In this document: positions 1 to 13,201 of the stretch, in pieces
Position numbering within the stretch: position 1 is the first letter of the stretch
How the letters are laid out: each line of letters begins with the position of its first letter
Origin: Octopus bimaculoides
Lineage: Eukaryota
Reading direction: 5' to 3'
DNA: 63,155 bases
NCBI RefSeq assembly: GCF_001194135.2
Contig: NC_068982.1
Coordinates: 159,472,630 to 159,535,784, forward strand
Notes under the pieces: generated by a model
Database searches by the model: none
Told to the model about the DNA's origin: nothing
What the model saw: only the letters and a program-made list of their open reading frames with translations
Translations under genes and position numbers: made by a program

Positions 1-700
1 ACTCTCTCGAGTTCGCACCATCTCTGACTTCCACTTTTTCGACAGAATTTTCACTCAGCATGAAACATGGATCCATCGCTATGATCCTGAGACTAAAGTC
101 CAGTCGAAGCAATGAAGGCATAATAACTCACCATCTCCACAGACGGCTAATGTCTAACCCTCAGCAGGCAAGGTGATGCTCGGAGTCTTTTGGGACCAGC
201 GCGGAGTAGTGATGAAGGACAGCACAGTTAATGGGGCATATTATGCTTCTCTGCTACAGAAATTCTAGGACGCCCTCAAAGCAAAGATGTGTTGCATGCT
301 TACCAAAAGTGTCCGTCTCCTCCAAGACAATGCCCTAGTTTACAATGCCTATGATGCCCAGAAGAAAACACACGCCGGCGATAATTAAATATTTCCTCAT
401 CCCCCTTACTCTCTCGAGTTCGCACCATCTCTGACTTCCACTTCTTTACAACAAAGAAGTCTGTTTTGAAGGGGAAGCACCATTCGAACAATGAACAACT
501 TTTTTTCCTCGGTCTTGACTCAAAAAGCGACCTATGCACGTCTATGCACGAGTACTTCAAAGCTGCATAAAGTGCTGGGAGGAGTGTGTCACCATTAGTG
601 CTGGTTATGTAGAAAAGGACTAATAATTAAGCTAAGCTTCGTTTATTCCAGGCCTTGGGAAGTGGATAAGGAGAAATCTTTAATGAACACCTCTCGAATA
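1..700 (+). mobile_element. Mariner/Tc1 DNA transposon remnant (catalytic-domain half of transposase, pseudogenised, plus 3' TIR)
   Basis: Frameshifted translation gives HETWIHRYDPETKVQS, SAGKVMLGVFWDQRGV, LLQDNA, HPPYSLEFAPS-DFHFF and C-terminal KCWEECVTISAGYVEKD*, matching mariner DD34D motifs (ETWxxxY, HDNA, HPPYSPDLAPSD). It ends in a TIR-like AATGAACACCTCTCGAA followed by TA at ~682-700. Confidence 0.9.
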
Positions 701-784
701 TGGTTTATAGATTCGAGGCAGGTATTCTCTGTATTGAATACACTTCGTAGTGCTCAACAGATTTAAACTTGAACAGGTAGAAGA

Positions 785-821
785 GTTCAACAGCTGTTTC
801 TTGGGGGCTTAGCTGTTGCCC
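785..821 (-). ncRNA. Degenerate hammerhead ribozyme remnant (PLE 3' end-like)
   Basis: Minus strand reads GGGC-aacagctaa-GCCC-ccaa-GAAA-CAGCTGT-T-gaac: a stem II hairpin, GAAA, palindromic stem III ACAGCTGT and a GUU site. The CUGANGA core is missing. Confidence 0.3.
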
Positions 822-1078
822 AAAAAATGATTTTAAACTGATTTCATCATCGGATAATACCAGCCTCTGACTTCAGGGTAAAATTTCACGTTCGAAGTGT
901 TGACAGATTGGAGTTTAAAGATACAATGATTTTTTGGTGAAAACGTTTATTAGAAAGAGTAGTAGTTGGGGGTATTTAGTAAGAGAGTAATGGGAGGAGA
1001 CATTCAGATTTTTTCATTATACTAGGCCACTGGTTTTAAATTGATATTAATCAAATTAATATTAAATTTTTCACCCTT

Positions 1079-1081
1079 ATG

Positions 1082-1115
<34 letters not shown>

Positions 1116-1205
1116 GCATATATATATATGTGTATGTATGTATGTATGTATATGTATATGCATATGTATATATATGTATATATGTTTGTGTATGTGTGTG
1201 TGTAT
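1079..1205. repeat. Compound (TA)n/(TATG)n/(TG)n microsatellite
   Basis: Directly visible. Confidence 0.95.
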
Positions 1206-1249
1206 AGAGTTTTAGGTGTGATGTACAAAAATTGAATGTTGAGAACATA

Positions 1250-3830
1250 AAGTCGTGAGACGCAATTATACTTGCTGTTATTGCTGGGCGGAGCGACAGT
1301 CAATATCATGAAAAACTGAAAAAATTATTGAAAGAAGACAGAAAACGGAAAGAAGAAAAATCCATTAAAATGTGCAAAAAACAACATGAGTGGTTCACTA
1401 ACTATGGAAAAATACTATGGCGAAAAATCTATTATGAAAACGAAAGCACCACAAAGAAATACGAGGAAATAGAAAACAAACATAGGCACTAGCCCCAGAG
1501 GAACCGAACTGAAGTATCGAACCTCTAATTACCCAAACCATACGCTGGAATGACCTCCATCTCACCTCAAGTACAGATTAGAAAGCCATATTGTACAATA
1601 CATACCACTGCAAATAGCCAACAAATGAAATATAAAAGACAACCATCAGCCCATAAGTCCAAACACCATAGATGGATAAATACAAAGGAAAAATACATGA
1701 AAGACAAATAGCATACATACAACCACCAACCTGTAATAACATGTAGCCTAGATGGATGAACACATCGGAAGAAAGACGAATGAAATACGGATAGCACAGT
1801 TACTTTACTATGAATAATAATCATCATAGTAACTCAAGCAACCCACATTTTACAACCAAAAGTCCCATATATCCTACATGGCGAAAACAGTAAGGCATAT
1901 GGGAGAAAAACAAAACTTAAAACCAACGGAATTCGTAGAAAAGACATGAACCATCCTCTCACATAGAAAACAGAACGCTGAGATCAGAAAACGGAGACAG
2001 CGTAACACAATTCATTTTTGAGGGAGAAATGCCAAAACCACGCACTGGACCCGATAATACACAAAATTTAAATGAACACACACAGCATATAGAACTGAAG
2101 ATCAAAAATTTGACAAATAGGAACCTGAAGAAGAAGGTGATGATTCTCCTATTAAAAGGTTTCAAGTTTACCCCGACACCTACCCCTAATCTCATTGAAC
2201 TGAAATCTGATATTGAACACTTCAACCGTCACCTCCGACTTATAGAATTCTTCAGTAATAAAAATTAAAATGATGATTCAATAGTCAGAAATAATTCCGA
2301 CTTCATCCCCTACAAAAGGAAAGGACAAATATTTAGACGCGTATATAGACGGGACTTCAAAATTTCCCCTAAAACCAACAGATGCAAACAAAAGCCTCTT
2401 GAAGTAGAAAAGGAAGCCTTACAAACACTGAAGAATGACAACTCAATCATCCTAAAAGAAGCCTATAAATTCGAGGCGATAGTAATCATGGACAAGGACT
2501 ATTATAAAGACAAAATATTGGAAATGTTAACAAACCAAACTTACTACAAGGAAGAGCCAAGACACTCAGAAAAAAACGAAAATGAATAAAATCAGAAGAC
2601 TAATCAATGAATTCCAAGATTCCTTCAGAGACAAGGAGACAGATTATATATGCAACTCTGTTATAAAAGGGAGGAATTTCCACGGATTACCCAAAATTCA
2701 CAAAAGCTCCGAAATACAAAGTCACATAAATGAGCAGAAGAACCGGTACGTAAAAATACTAAGGCGTGTTGGCCTCAAAGTATAAGACTAATAGTTGCTG
2801 GACCTCAAGTAGCAACACAACAACTAAGTCATTTTTTAGATACACTCCTAAACATGTGTGCCCTTTAATACCCAGCTATGTACGGAATGACATAGATTTC
2901 ATCCAACACATCCCTCTCACTGTTGCAGAAGAGTTTGATATCACCAATCTCTATAAGAATATAGCTCACACTTTAGGCCTTAGAAGCAATCAAACACTGG
3001 GGAGAGAAGCATAAAGAACGGATAAATGAACGCTTCAAGACTGAGTTCATCACCAAGTCCACACGCGTAGTAGTAGAAGAAAATATCTTTAGATTCGACA
3101 ATATAACATATCGACAGGAAAAAGGACCCGGCTCTAAGTACGCGGTTTGCGCTATGATATGCAAACTTAGTTCTGGGATACTTGGAAGAAAAACTTTATG
3201 AGGAAGTAGAAAACGTTTTTGATCAGTAGTACAAGAAATATATCATTAAAAAGTGGAAACGCTTCCTTGATGAATGCTTCATCTTCTGGGACAAATTGAG
3301 TGAAGATCTAAATATATTTAACAATATACTGAATACACTTCACCCATCCATCAAATTCACAACAGAATCCTGTTGCAACGAATTACCATTTCTGGATATC
3401 CACATAAAAATACAGAACTCTACAGTCACAACAGACATATTTTACAAAAAAAATGACACACACCAATATTTAAATATCTACTCTTGCCATCCATCACACG
3501 TCAAAAGAAATATCCCGTACAGCATGGCAAGAAACATCTACACTATAGTGACTGACCCCAGAGTACGTGAAATCCGACTCAACGAACTCAAAGGCTTCCT
3601 CACAATGCAGAAATACCCCTTATAATTAATTAAGGAGGGAATTAAAAAGGCGATGAAACTGAACATCACTCAACTACGGGCACCTAAGAAAAAAGTTAAC
3701 GAAGACACAATTCCGTTCATTAACACACACAGTCCTGGAATAACCATCATCTTTCACGCCATAAAATCGAACCTACCTAAACTCCTACAAATCCCCAAAA
3801 TGATAACTCTGATGGAAAAAAACACAAACG
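1250..3830 (+). mobile_element. Penelope-like retroelement, decayed RT ORF (Neptune-like), ends before the GIY-YIG domain
   Basis: Broken frames encode LLKGFKFTPTP, EKEALQTLKNDNSIILKEA, FHGLPKIHKS, FDITNLYKNI, WKRFLDECFIFWD (RYxDD-like), SIKFTTE..ELPFLDI..TDIFYKKNDTHQYLNIYSCHPSHVKRNIPYSMA, typical PLE RT and thumb motifs. The sense strand is A-rich. The 5' boundary is approximate. Confidence 0.88.
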
Positions 3831-4128
3831 CCAACACAGACGCCAACCCAAAAATCTATGTATGTATGTGCATATGTGTATATATATGAGTATATATATG
3901 CATGTGTATGTTTGTGTATATACAATGTGTATGTATGTATATATATGTGTGCATCAAAATTGAAGACGAAAATATTCTCATAGACCATAATGTTAATCAG
4001 CTTCAAGGTTTGATCTCACTCATTGATATTACTTCTGGTACAGTTGCCAATCTGGTGCGAGAATCAAAGATATGAAAATTGGAAACAAAGTACTTGACGT
4101 ATTTGATTTTAATATTTTAGAAAAGAAT

Positions 4129-4283
4129 CGCGGTGAGCTGGCAGGATCGTTCGCATGCCAGACGAGATGCTTCGTCCGTTGTTGCGTTCGGAGCTCAAAT
4201 CTCGCTGTGGTTAGCTTTGTCTTTCATCATTTCGAGGTCAATAAAATAAGTACCTGTTGAGCACTGCAGTCGATGTAAACCAC
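4129..4283 (+). mobile_element. tRNA-derived Octopus-type SINE (family A, head GCGGTGAGCTGGCAG)
   Basis: Head gcggtgagctggcaggatcgtt, body ctttcatcatttcgaggtcaataaaataagtacc..gagcactg; homologous to the copies at 5995, 19662 and 24545. Confidence 0.85.
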
Positions 4284-4399
4284 TGTTGTTAGACTTCTGC
4301 TAAAATCTGAAATCAATATTTGAGAAAAGGCATCAAATATTACATATTGCCTATTGAATAGGTTAGGTATTTCAATTCATTTAAATATAAGTAAAAAAT

Positions 4400-5760
4400 G
4401 CTTATTCTAAAATCATATTTGGTGGAGCGGGATATATTTCTTTATATTTGGCTTGTATTAAATGGCTAATGTAACAAAACATTTATTGCATCAGTAAGAC
4501 TGTCTTCAAGATAATTGTTGTTTGATTTTATGGTTTATTCAAATCGTGTATTTATATCGCGAATATATTTCCACGATGCTTGTACATTCCAGCTGGAAAT
4601 TTTTTAACCCCGTGCGGTATTTGAGACACATTTTTTATTATCTCTTGCTTGTCACAATTCATTGTATATTTTATTTGAATCTTTTATGTATATTATCTGA
4701 TCTGCGTCTCTTGATTGTTTATGTTTTGTGGCTAATCCTTTCCAAATGTACGGAGAAATTTGATTTAGTGAAGCCTTTATACATAAGCGTTGTATTAGAA
4801 TTCATGATTGAGTAACTTCTGCGTGTGAATGTGTCAAGTATGAATGGTTTTCGATGCGTATATTTGAATGTATTTGATCATGGATAAACGATTTCAAGAT
4901 TTATTTGCGTGTGTATATTTTTTTGTATTTCATGACGCCTGTGGTATCAGATATATATAGTGTAATGTTTTCTCTTAATATATCTCTTTGTGCGACTGAG
5001 TTAGTGCGTGTACTTTTAGTTAGTGATTGATTTTATTAGATATTCTGTGAATGCAGGTGTGTCCTGTTTTATATATTTAATTACGCTAATATATTTGTGA
5101 TTTGATTATTCTGAATGTCTCTATCTGCTGTGTGCGTGTTTGTGGTGTGTGTGTGAGTGCATGTGCATGTATCTTTGTGTGTCTGTGTGTGTGTTTGTGT
5201 GTGTGTTTGTGCGTGTGCGTCTGTTTCTGTATTGGAGGTAGTGCTATTTTATTTAGAATCCAATTCTTTCTTGAAGATGATTATTTTGTTGGCATCGTGA
5301 TATCCTCTAATTTACTGTCCATCAGTTTCATGTGACAATGTTATATATTCTACCATGCACAGAAATCACATTTATACGGAAGGGGTTAACAAAATATCAT
5401 TTTCCACAATTGTAAATATATGCTTGTTTGGTGTATATGTCTTTGAAGTTTGTGCGGTTAATGCCGTGTTAATCCCCTTTGGATTGCTCTTCTGATACAA
5501 TTGATTGTTATTATTTCTTTGTTTTTAAGGAGATACAGGTAACGGACATATGTGCTGATGAAATTACACGAGTTTGAAATTTCTTCTGCGTGTTTCATTA
5601 AAAGTTGTTAAATGATTGTTTGGAGTACTTTCGTGCTGCGTAGATATCTCACATTTAGTCTAATACCATAGAGCTTTTGATTGTTCCTGTAGAATGTGCT
5701 ATGGTATTATATTCAGTTAAAAAGTGTATACCTTCTCATGTTTTTTGTTTTTACGTCCCA
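4400..5760 (-). mobile_element. Heavily degraded PLE-like RT fragment interrupted by a (TG)n tract
   Basis: A minus frame near 5550-5710 reads FYRNNQKLYG..LLMKHAEE..NFISTYVRYL, resembling the FYxQxxG..FMxxxE..YxRYxDD region, and DIYTK follows. The boundaries are weak. Confidence 0.35.
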
Positions 5761-5994
5761 ATTTCTAAAATTATTTCCCTCTTTCTAACAAAATCTCAAG
5801 AGCAACCACATGCCCGCTACACAATTTTCCATGTCTAACTTGCATCAACCACTTCAGAAACTATTCCAGCCTATCTATTTGAATATATTACATTTTTAAC
5901 ACTTTTAACTCATAATTATCAAGTGTCTTTCTTCTACCTTTCATAAATGCATTCATAATCGAACTCTATATTCCTTTTACTGAAGGCACAAGGT

Positions 5995-6195
5995 CTGATA
6001 TCTTTTGGTGGTGATGGAGGATTTGATTTGGTCAATTCCAGCGCAGAGTGGTTACTTAGTTTATCAATCTGAAAATATGAACGGCAAAGCCAACATCGAC
6101 GTAAATTGAGCTCATAGCGTAAAACCAGAAGAAATGTAGCTAGGCGTTTTTACGAAGCGTACTCATCATTCTTCCAGCTCATTGTCTTCATCGAA
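5995..6195 (-). mobile_element. tRNA-derived SINE (family A), diverged
   Basis: Reverse complement aligns by eye to the SINE at 4129 (gagctggaagaatgatgag..., ttgagctc, ttgataaactaagtaacc). Confidence 0.7.
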
Positions 6196-9100
6196 AGTAT
6201 TATAACGTATTTGGTACTACGTCATTTTTACTATCAAACCTTTTAAATTCATTTTTAAATTCCTAAACAATATTTATCAGATCTATTCCCTCTACAAATA
6301 CTTTCACCTAATTCCTGTAATTTTGTTTTACTATTGTACCAATCACCAATCTCATTGTTAATTAATATTTTCATTTTGATCGCTTTAATTATGTTATTGG
6401 TATCATTCTCTTACATTTATATTGTTACAGATTTTTCTATAATTTGTTTCGATTTGAATTATAATTGTTGGGACTTATTATTGAGTAAGAGAGAAGCGCA
6501 TGCCATCACTGTGACTTTAGGATACAAATATACAAAGCCCAGTATACCCACCATGGTACCGAGTGGTCAGTTTCAAGAGATCTAATGAAAATTAAATGCT
6601 GAAGTTTTAATTTTGGCAGATGATTCCTTCCTTTAACTCGGAAAAATAAAGGCAAAACATCTTAGTGTACGTTGTTGTTTTTTTTAAATATATTGTTAAA
6701 TAAACGGTAGAGGACAGTACATGAAGCATTCTGGAATGTTGTTGAGAAGCTACAAATGATTTATTATAAAAGCAGAATACTTCCTGTAATGGGTTGTCAC
6801 AGAAAACATTTTGCTAATGTAATGGACAAGTTGGTGGAAGTCTCAAGACAAAGCGTCAATGCGTCTTTACATTAGTGCAATGGAGTTGAATTTGAAACCA
6901 AATATGACAGCGTAAGCAAATCTCTTAATTACAGGGGGGGAGTGAGTGAGTGAGAGAGAGAGACGGAAAAGGTGAGAGAGAGAGAGAAATGGTGAGAGAG
7001 AGTGAGATAGAGATGGGGTGGGAGATTCAGACAGACAGAAAGGGGATCAGAGATGATATCCAATGAACCTCTCTATATATCAATAACCAGATTTTAGAGA
7101 ATTATTGTAAGTTTGACAATTTTGGACCTTGAACTCCAAACCACAAGTATATCATAAATGCATCCGCAAACATGTCAGAAGACGAAAATGGTTAGCTTTT
7201 CGTATACTTTATATGAAAATGTTATATTAGATTTATGAAGATCAAATGGAACATATTTCCATCTTATTTTATAGGAAACTCTTAACGATATGTGCATTTG
7301 AATATATCGAATACCTCTCTGCCGTTTCTATTTTCTCTATAAATTCCAGTCAATTGTATGACTGGAGTCTGCATATAGAGTTCTATGAGAAGGAAAGCTC
7401 AATTAATTTCACTTATTTCTTCACTAATATTTCTAATCTCCAAGTACGATTTTATCTATCATATCCACCAATGATGAATTTCAGTTGTGCATTTGCTGTA
7501 AATACTCAAGCCATTTTTTAGTGCATATTGGATTTATTAGGCAAACAAGACTACATAAAGCAATGTTTATTTACTTGTTCAACAGACAGACTAGTAATTC
7601 AGGGAGATTAGAAAAAAAACATGTTTTAGTTTGATAATTACGAAGAATGGATGAAAGAAGATAACAACAGCAATACAATTGTCTAACTACCGTGAAATTA
7701 ACTATTCTTCTTAGTGCAGATAACAATCCACAGGGTATTAATTTAGATAAGGAAATTTACTTCAATTCGCTAAACATCTATTTTTCTTTTCTTTTGTACA
7801 ATTTCTCCTTTGGCTCCAAGTACATTTCTGAAATCTCGGCTCATTCTAAAATTAGGCCCATTTACTCTCATACATTTCTTTTTATCACTAAAATTCAGTA
7901 AAAAAGAGAAATTTAATTTGATCAAATCTGGATGTTTTAGATCGATGCTTTATCATTTTTTGTGAATCGCTCTTTCATTAATATATTATTGATCTTAAAT
8001 ACGTTAACTTTACGGATATTGTTTCAAAATTTGTTTTACTTTCATTATTGATTTAGCGTTGATTTCAACTGGTTGCTTGCGTCTTTTAATTTCTTTGGAG
8101 TGTACGAACGAAGCAACTTGAGCGAAATTAATAATTGNNNNNNNNNNNNNNNNNNNNNNNNNNNNNNNNNNNNNNNNNNNNNNNNNNNNNNNNNNNNNNN
8201 NNNNNNNNNNNNNNNNNNNNNNNNNNNNNNNNNNNNNNNNNNNNNNNNNNNNNNNNNNNNNNNNNNNNNNNNNNNNNNNNNNNNNNNNNNNNNNNNNNNN
8301 NNNNNNNNNNNNNNNNNNNNNNNNNNNNNNNNNNNNNNNNNNNNNNNNNNNNNNNNNNNNNNNNNNNNNNNNNNNNNNNNNNNNNNNNNNNNNNNNNNNN
8401 NNNNNNNNNNNNNNNNNNNNNNNNNNNNNNNNNNNNNNNNNNNNNNNNNNNNNNNCATGCAAGACAAAATGTGGAAGAATGATATAGTCGATTGGATCTT
8501 TCAGATAAGGGAATTAGATTCCAATATCTAGAAAAGGCAAACACCGGTATCTCGCGGTTTTTGCTGCTCCTCGGTGTCCTGTACACTGTAATTTTTGATA
8601 TTATACGTCTTTATAGTGACGTCTTTTACGTGGATTATCGTTGCTAATAGCGTTAACAAAGCACATGTACTAATTGATACGCACGCACATAAAGTAGAAG
8701 ATATATTTAAACGTAAAAAAATTGCATTACTTAATACAAAAAAATATATTTTCAGCAATTATATAAATTTTGAGTCTCTAGTACTTTGCAAGTAAACGTG
8801 TTTTCTTTGATAATGTATGCAACTCTTCCAGGTTGTCAAATAAATTAGAATTTATATGAAACAATAATGTATAAAGCATAACCAAGCAGAGCTAAATTTA
8901 TCCACACGTTATGAAAGAAAATTACGGTGTTTTGCTTTGGATCTCACCTTATAAAAAATTTGTTGACACCCTGATAAGTAAGAATGTTTTGTGTAAAAGA
9001 TTTACTTGTCGTTTTCGCAGATAGTATGCGAAACGTTATGTCTGTTAATCAATTATTTTCGGGCATTAGAAAAAGAAAGAGATCATTGCTCTTGGTTGAA

Positions 9101-11744
9101 CATTGGCTGCAATAAATATAGTCTTCATCTAAATTATGATATTGTGGTCTACATTTAAACAAAGCATATGACATACTGATTGAAAGTAATTCATTCCTTT
9201 TTTATCAGTAAAACGTTGTCAATTTGTGCTATTTGAAGTCTGCGTTTGAAAGAATTCGGTGCAGTAATTCACAACTTGCGATCGAAGGTACAGAAAAGTT
9301 TCAACGGCCAGCTGATCGTCTCTAATTACTTTATATGCAGTGAAGGGGTTTTGATATTTCCCTAGTCATTGCAACACGGAGTTTAGGACAGGGAAAATGA
9401 AAGGTGACAGTTCCTTTTCTGCCGTTATATTACTGGATATATAATCTGAAATACAATATACATACTTACATATTGCCCGTAAATTAATAATTTCTTCGTA
9501 TATCAGATTGGTTTAAAAATTAAAATAATTCTTTTGGCTTTTCAGTGTACTCTAGAATTTATATTTGCTAGCATTTGAAATGCAGCTACAGACGAAAACA
9601 GTTAATACAATATAATTGTGGTTCGTAGAAGTATAGATAATATATTTACTGAACTCTCCAGCGAATATTCAGATCTTAAATTAAAGGGAAATTATATGGC
9701 TATTAGGAAAGCATCATCGATCATAATAAAGAATTTCTTTTACAGGACTTTTACGCGAACGGATATCAGAAATGCTTTCCAAGTCGTCTTTGTTCAGGAA
9801 ATATATTTCATATAGAATTGTTTCTACTTTCATTTAGGGCTTCTTTCTATTTTCTATCTATCTATCTATCAAGCTATCTATCTATCTATCTATCTATCTA
9901 TCTGCCTAACTATCCATCTGTCTACAAATATATGCATGCATACGGACACATATTCACGCTTACACATTCACACATACACACATATCTCCAGCATGGCCCC
10001 AAGTAAAATAGTAAAATAATATGATAGTTATCTGTATATACACCAGCTCTCAAAAAACACTCAATCTATATTGGTGAGAATGAGGACATATGAAGCAATG
10101 GTAGAAGTCATTTTCTAAAATATCCTCAGGATGGATCGAACCACTTACCCGGGGAAAGAAGTCTAATTTCGTAAAAAAACTATATAAATAATTACAATCT
10201 TAAATATATATAATTAATTAGATGCACGTATGTGGATAAACAAATTAGAAACATTAAATATATTGAATATAATTCTCTCTGCCGTTTGTACTCTGTGTAA
10301 TTTGGACCAATTAATATAAATATCTATATATTCATACTTCGAAATTCATCATCTAGAAGTCTCCATCTTTTACTTTCTCTCTTTTGCATGTATGCATATA
10401 TACATATTTCGTATTGCATATCCAAACTATTATATTTAATATATTTAATAAATATTATATACTTATTTTGTTTATCCGCATAATTGCCTCTATACCGCTC
10501 AACATGATCTCTCACGTTGCCTTTTTTACCTTGTAGAATCGATCAACTCTAAATATATTGAGCACTGCTAAGTCTCTTCTATAAGGAGAAACTCTGGATG
10601 TCATCTGTGGAATATATTTAATTACTTATATATATTTTTTTAACTGTATGATTACTTCATTCATTTTGAGATGTGTCGCGGCTGATATAAGTTTGGTTTT
10701 CTGCATTTTCATTGAAATGGTGTAAGTAAAATTAAGAATGTTTGTAATAGACTAATACACTCACAATGCGCGCATATATGCATAGAATTATACATACATA
10801 TACTTACACACATTCGTCACAAATATATTTGTATAAATATATATATATCTTTGCGCATGTGAGTGAGTGTGCTCGCCTGGAGTGAGGAATGTTAATTATC
10901 ATGAGGCTTTCAGATTTTCTAGCTTAATATTGAATATTCTCTTTCAAAATATTTGATGCAAATTCATAAAATCTAACTATAATTCTAGAAACGTGCTGTG
11001 AGGTAAAATCGTTTTGAAATATAGTACAGTCCGTAATATATTCAGGAGCACAATATATTTATTAATATTTAAATAAAATAATAAGACTATAATTCCTTGG
11101 ACTTTTCAAAATGTTGGAGAAATAATTAGGCATTAGTTCTAAGCAAATTCTATTAAGATGCGCAATTCATTCAGAATTCTATGGACATGTGTTCATGTAC
11201 AATATTGTAGTCATCATGTATACATATTTTCTAATTTTTAATTTTTACAGATGTATATTCAGGTGTATCCTATTACGTGCCTAATATATTTGCTGGTTAT
11301 ATAACGACTTCTGCTTTAAAGATATCAGCATAATCAATTAATTATTGCTGCGTTATACGCATAAAAGTATTTTAGCATATATCTTATATTGTAGTATCCT
11401 AGTAAATCGAATACTGTAGACAAAGCAATACAAATATCAGTACATTTTCTGTATCGCAAGTTGTATAAAACATAATTTATGGTAGATAAATAACCATGCT
11501 TCTGCTAGCTGCAAATAGAATCGGTTTCATGATTTTAGTTTAGGTGAAGAAAAATGAAGTTTAAGAAGCGACTAGTTTCTGAAAGAATGGCACGTGGGCT
11601 TCGAATAGCAATCAAGCCACTGGAATTATATTTAAATTCGGCTCATAATTGTATTTCAATGGAATATTAATCAAGTACAGAGATGCAAATCACAACTTCA
11701 TAAACTGTGAATTAATGTCTCGTCACTCGAGTTCTGCAACCACG

Positions 11745-12255
11745 TAGTTTTGCGCATAAATCTTCAGTCGAAACAAAGTGGAGCTAGTGAAGGCGAGCAG
11801 GAAAGAGAGAAAAATTAACAAACAAAATGGATAGACGAATGTTGAGGTGGTTTGGCCACATGGAGACGATCGATGAGGAGTAAATAGTAAGTGGAGAGAT
11901 AAAGGCAGATGTGGCAGGCAGCTGAACCAGAGGCAGATCTCGGTGTGTGTGGATGGAGTGAGGAAAGCTTTGGTGTTTAGAGGTGTTGGAGCGAGAGACA
12001 AGAGAGTATATAAATGATAGGAAATCTTGGAGAGTGATTGTGGACGGATGAGTGAATTTGAAGTTGCTCAAAGAGGTACGGAACCGGCAACATGTGGCGG
12101 GAGTAAAGGAGCATATGCTGTCGGGCTCCGCTGCTTATATTGGTGGTTACGTTCTATACCTTGGGGCCTCTTTGAACTGGGAAATTAATGAAATGCCTGA
12201 TGTGTGTCTTGTTGTGGCTACCGCTCCTAAGTGGAGAATAGACTTGGGTATATAA
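11745..12255 (+). mobile_element. RTE-clade LINE 3' end
   Basis: Translation RMLRWFGHMETIDEE..ADVAGS*TRGRSR matches the RTE C-terminal RLRWFGHVxRM..GxRxRGRPR motif, followed by a 3' UTR and an (ATAC)n tail. Confidence 0.7.
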
Positions 12256-12308
12256 CATGCATATACATACATACATATATATATATAGTCTGTTAAAGTC
12301 TGTCATAC

Positions 12309-12350
12309 AGGCCATGACGAAGGGAAATAGCCCTGAGACTCGAGTCGCCT
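12309..12350 (+). ncRNA. Degenerate type-I hammerhead ribozyme
   Basis: AGGC / c(a)TGACGA / AGGG-aaatag-CCCT / GAGA / CTCGAGT-C / GCCT: 4-bp stem I, palindromic stem III ACTCGAGT and a GUC site. There is a 1-nt insertion in CUGACGA, and GAAA is changed to GAGA. Confidence 0.55.
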
Positions 12351-12718
12351 TTATATATTTATATTTTTATATTTATATTTATATATTTGATCCTTTATAT
12401 TGAACACTCAATATTTCATCTTCATTCAATACTTTCTTTCATGGTGCCATCCATTTTTATTTTATTTTATTTTATATTATGTATTGTATATTATATTATA
12501 TATTGTATATTCCATATTCTATACCCCACATTGGTTCTGCAGGAATATAAATAAAACATAAAAAATCAGTCAGTGTTGGGACTCTTTTAAACAAAATAAT
12601 ATATATATATATATATGTATATGCATATATATATGGGAGGCATTGGTATCCAGAAGATTCAAGCCTGTCGTATGTATGTATATATATATGCATACACACA
12701 CACACACACACACACATA

Positions 12719-12881
12719 CGACAGGCTTCTTTCAGTTTCCATCTACCAAATCCACACACGAGGCTTTGGGTCAGCCCGAGGCTATAGTAGAAGACACTTG
12801 CCCAAGATGCCACGCAGTGGGAATGAACCCGGAACCATGTGGTTGGTAAGCAAGCTACTTACTACACAGCAACTCCTGCGA
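12719..12881 (-). mobile_element. tRNA-derived Octopus-type SINE (family B, head GCGCAGGAGTGGCTGTGTGGTAAG)
   Basis: Reverse complement: gcaggagttgctgtgtagtaagtagcttgcttaccaaccacatggttccgggttcattcccactgcgtggc..ggaaactgaaagaagcctgtcg then (TG)n. Homologous to 31525 and 40702. Confidence 0.9.
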
Positions 12882-13201
12882 CAGTACATTCTCAAAATTT
12901 CATTCACATCACAGGACCCCTTTGAATGAACAACGCATGGAATTTATGTCTCCACACGATCCATTTGTAATGGACCATGAACTCCTGTCGGAATCTACAT
13001 ACCATGGACTAGAAACATTTATACCCATTCTACACAACACTTTCCTTGGATAATGGACCTGCAACCTTAACATCATACATATATTTTTTCTTCTATTTTT
13101 CTTCTCTTTTTTCCCTTTATACTTCCTATGTCCATTCTTTTTTCGAAAATAACCCCTTATATTGAACTCTACTATTTCCCTCTAGTTAACTCTGTAATAT
13201 C

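Noticed and set aside
5553-5590. CTGATGA..GAAA resembling an HHR
   Set aside because: No convincing stems II or I, and it lies antisense within a degraded RT region; probably chance.
8595-8795. Signal-peptide-like ORF (ILYVFIVTSFTWIIVANS) ending near a GT donor
   Set aside because: TTG start, no ATG or acceptor; hydrophobic runs arise easily from T-rich non-coding DNA.
11251-11333. Good acceptor followed by DVYSGVSYYVPNIFAGYITTSALKISA*
   Set aside because: A possible terminal exon but with no recognisable homology and no supporting upstream exon.
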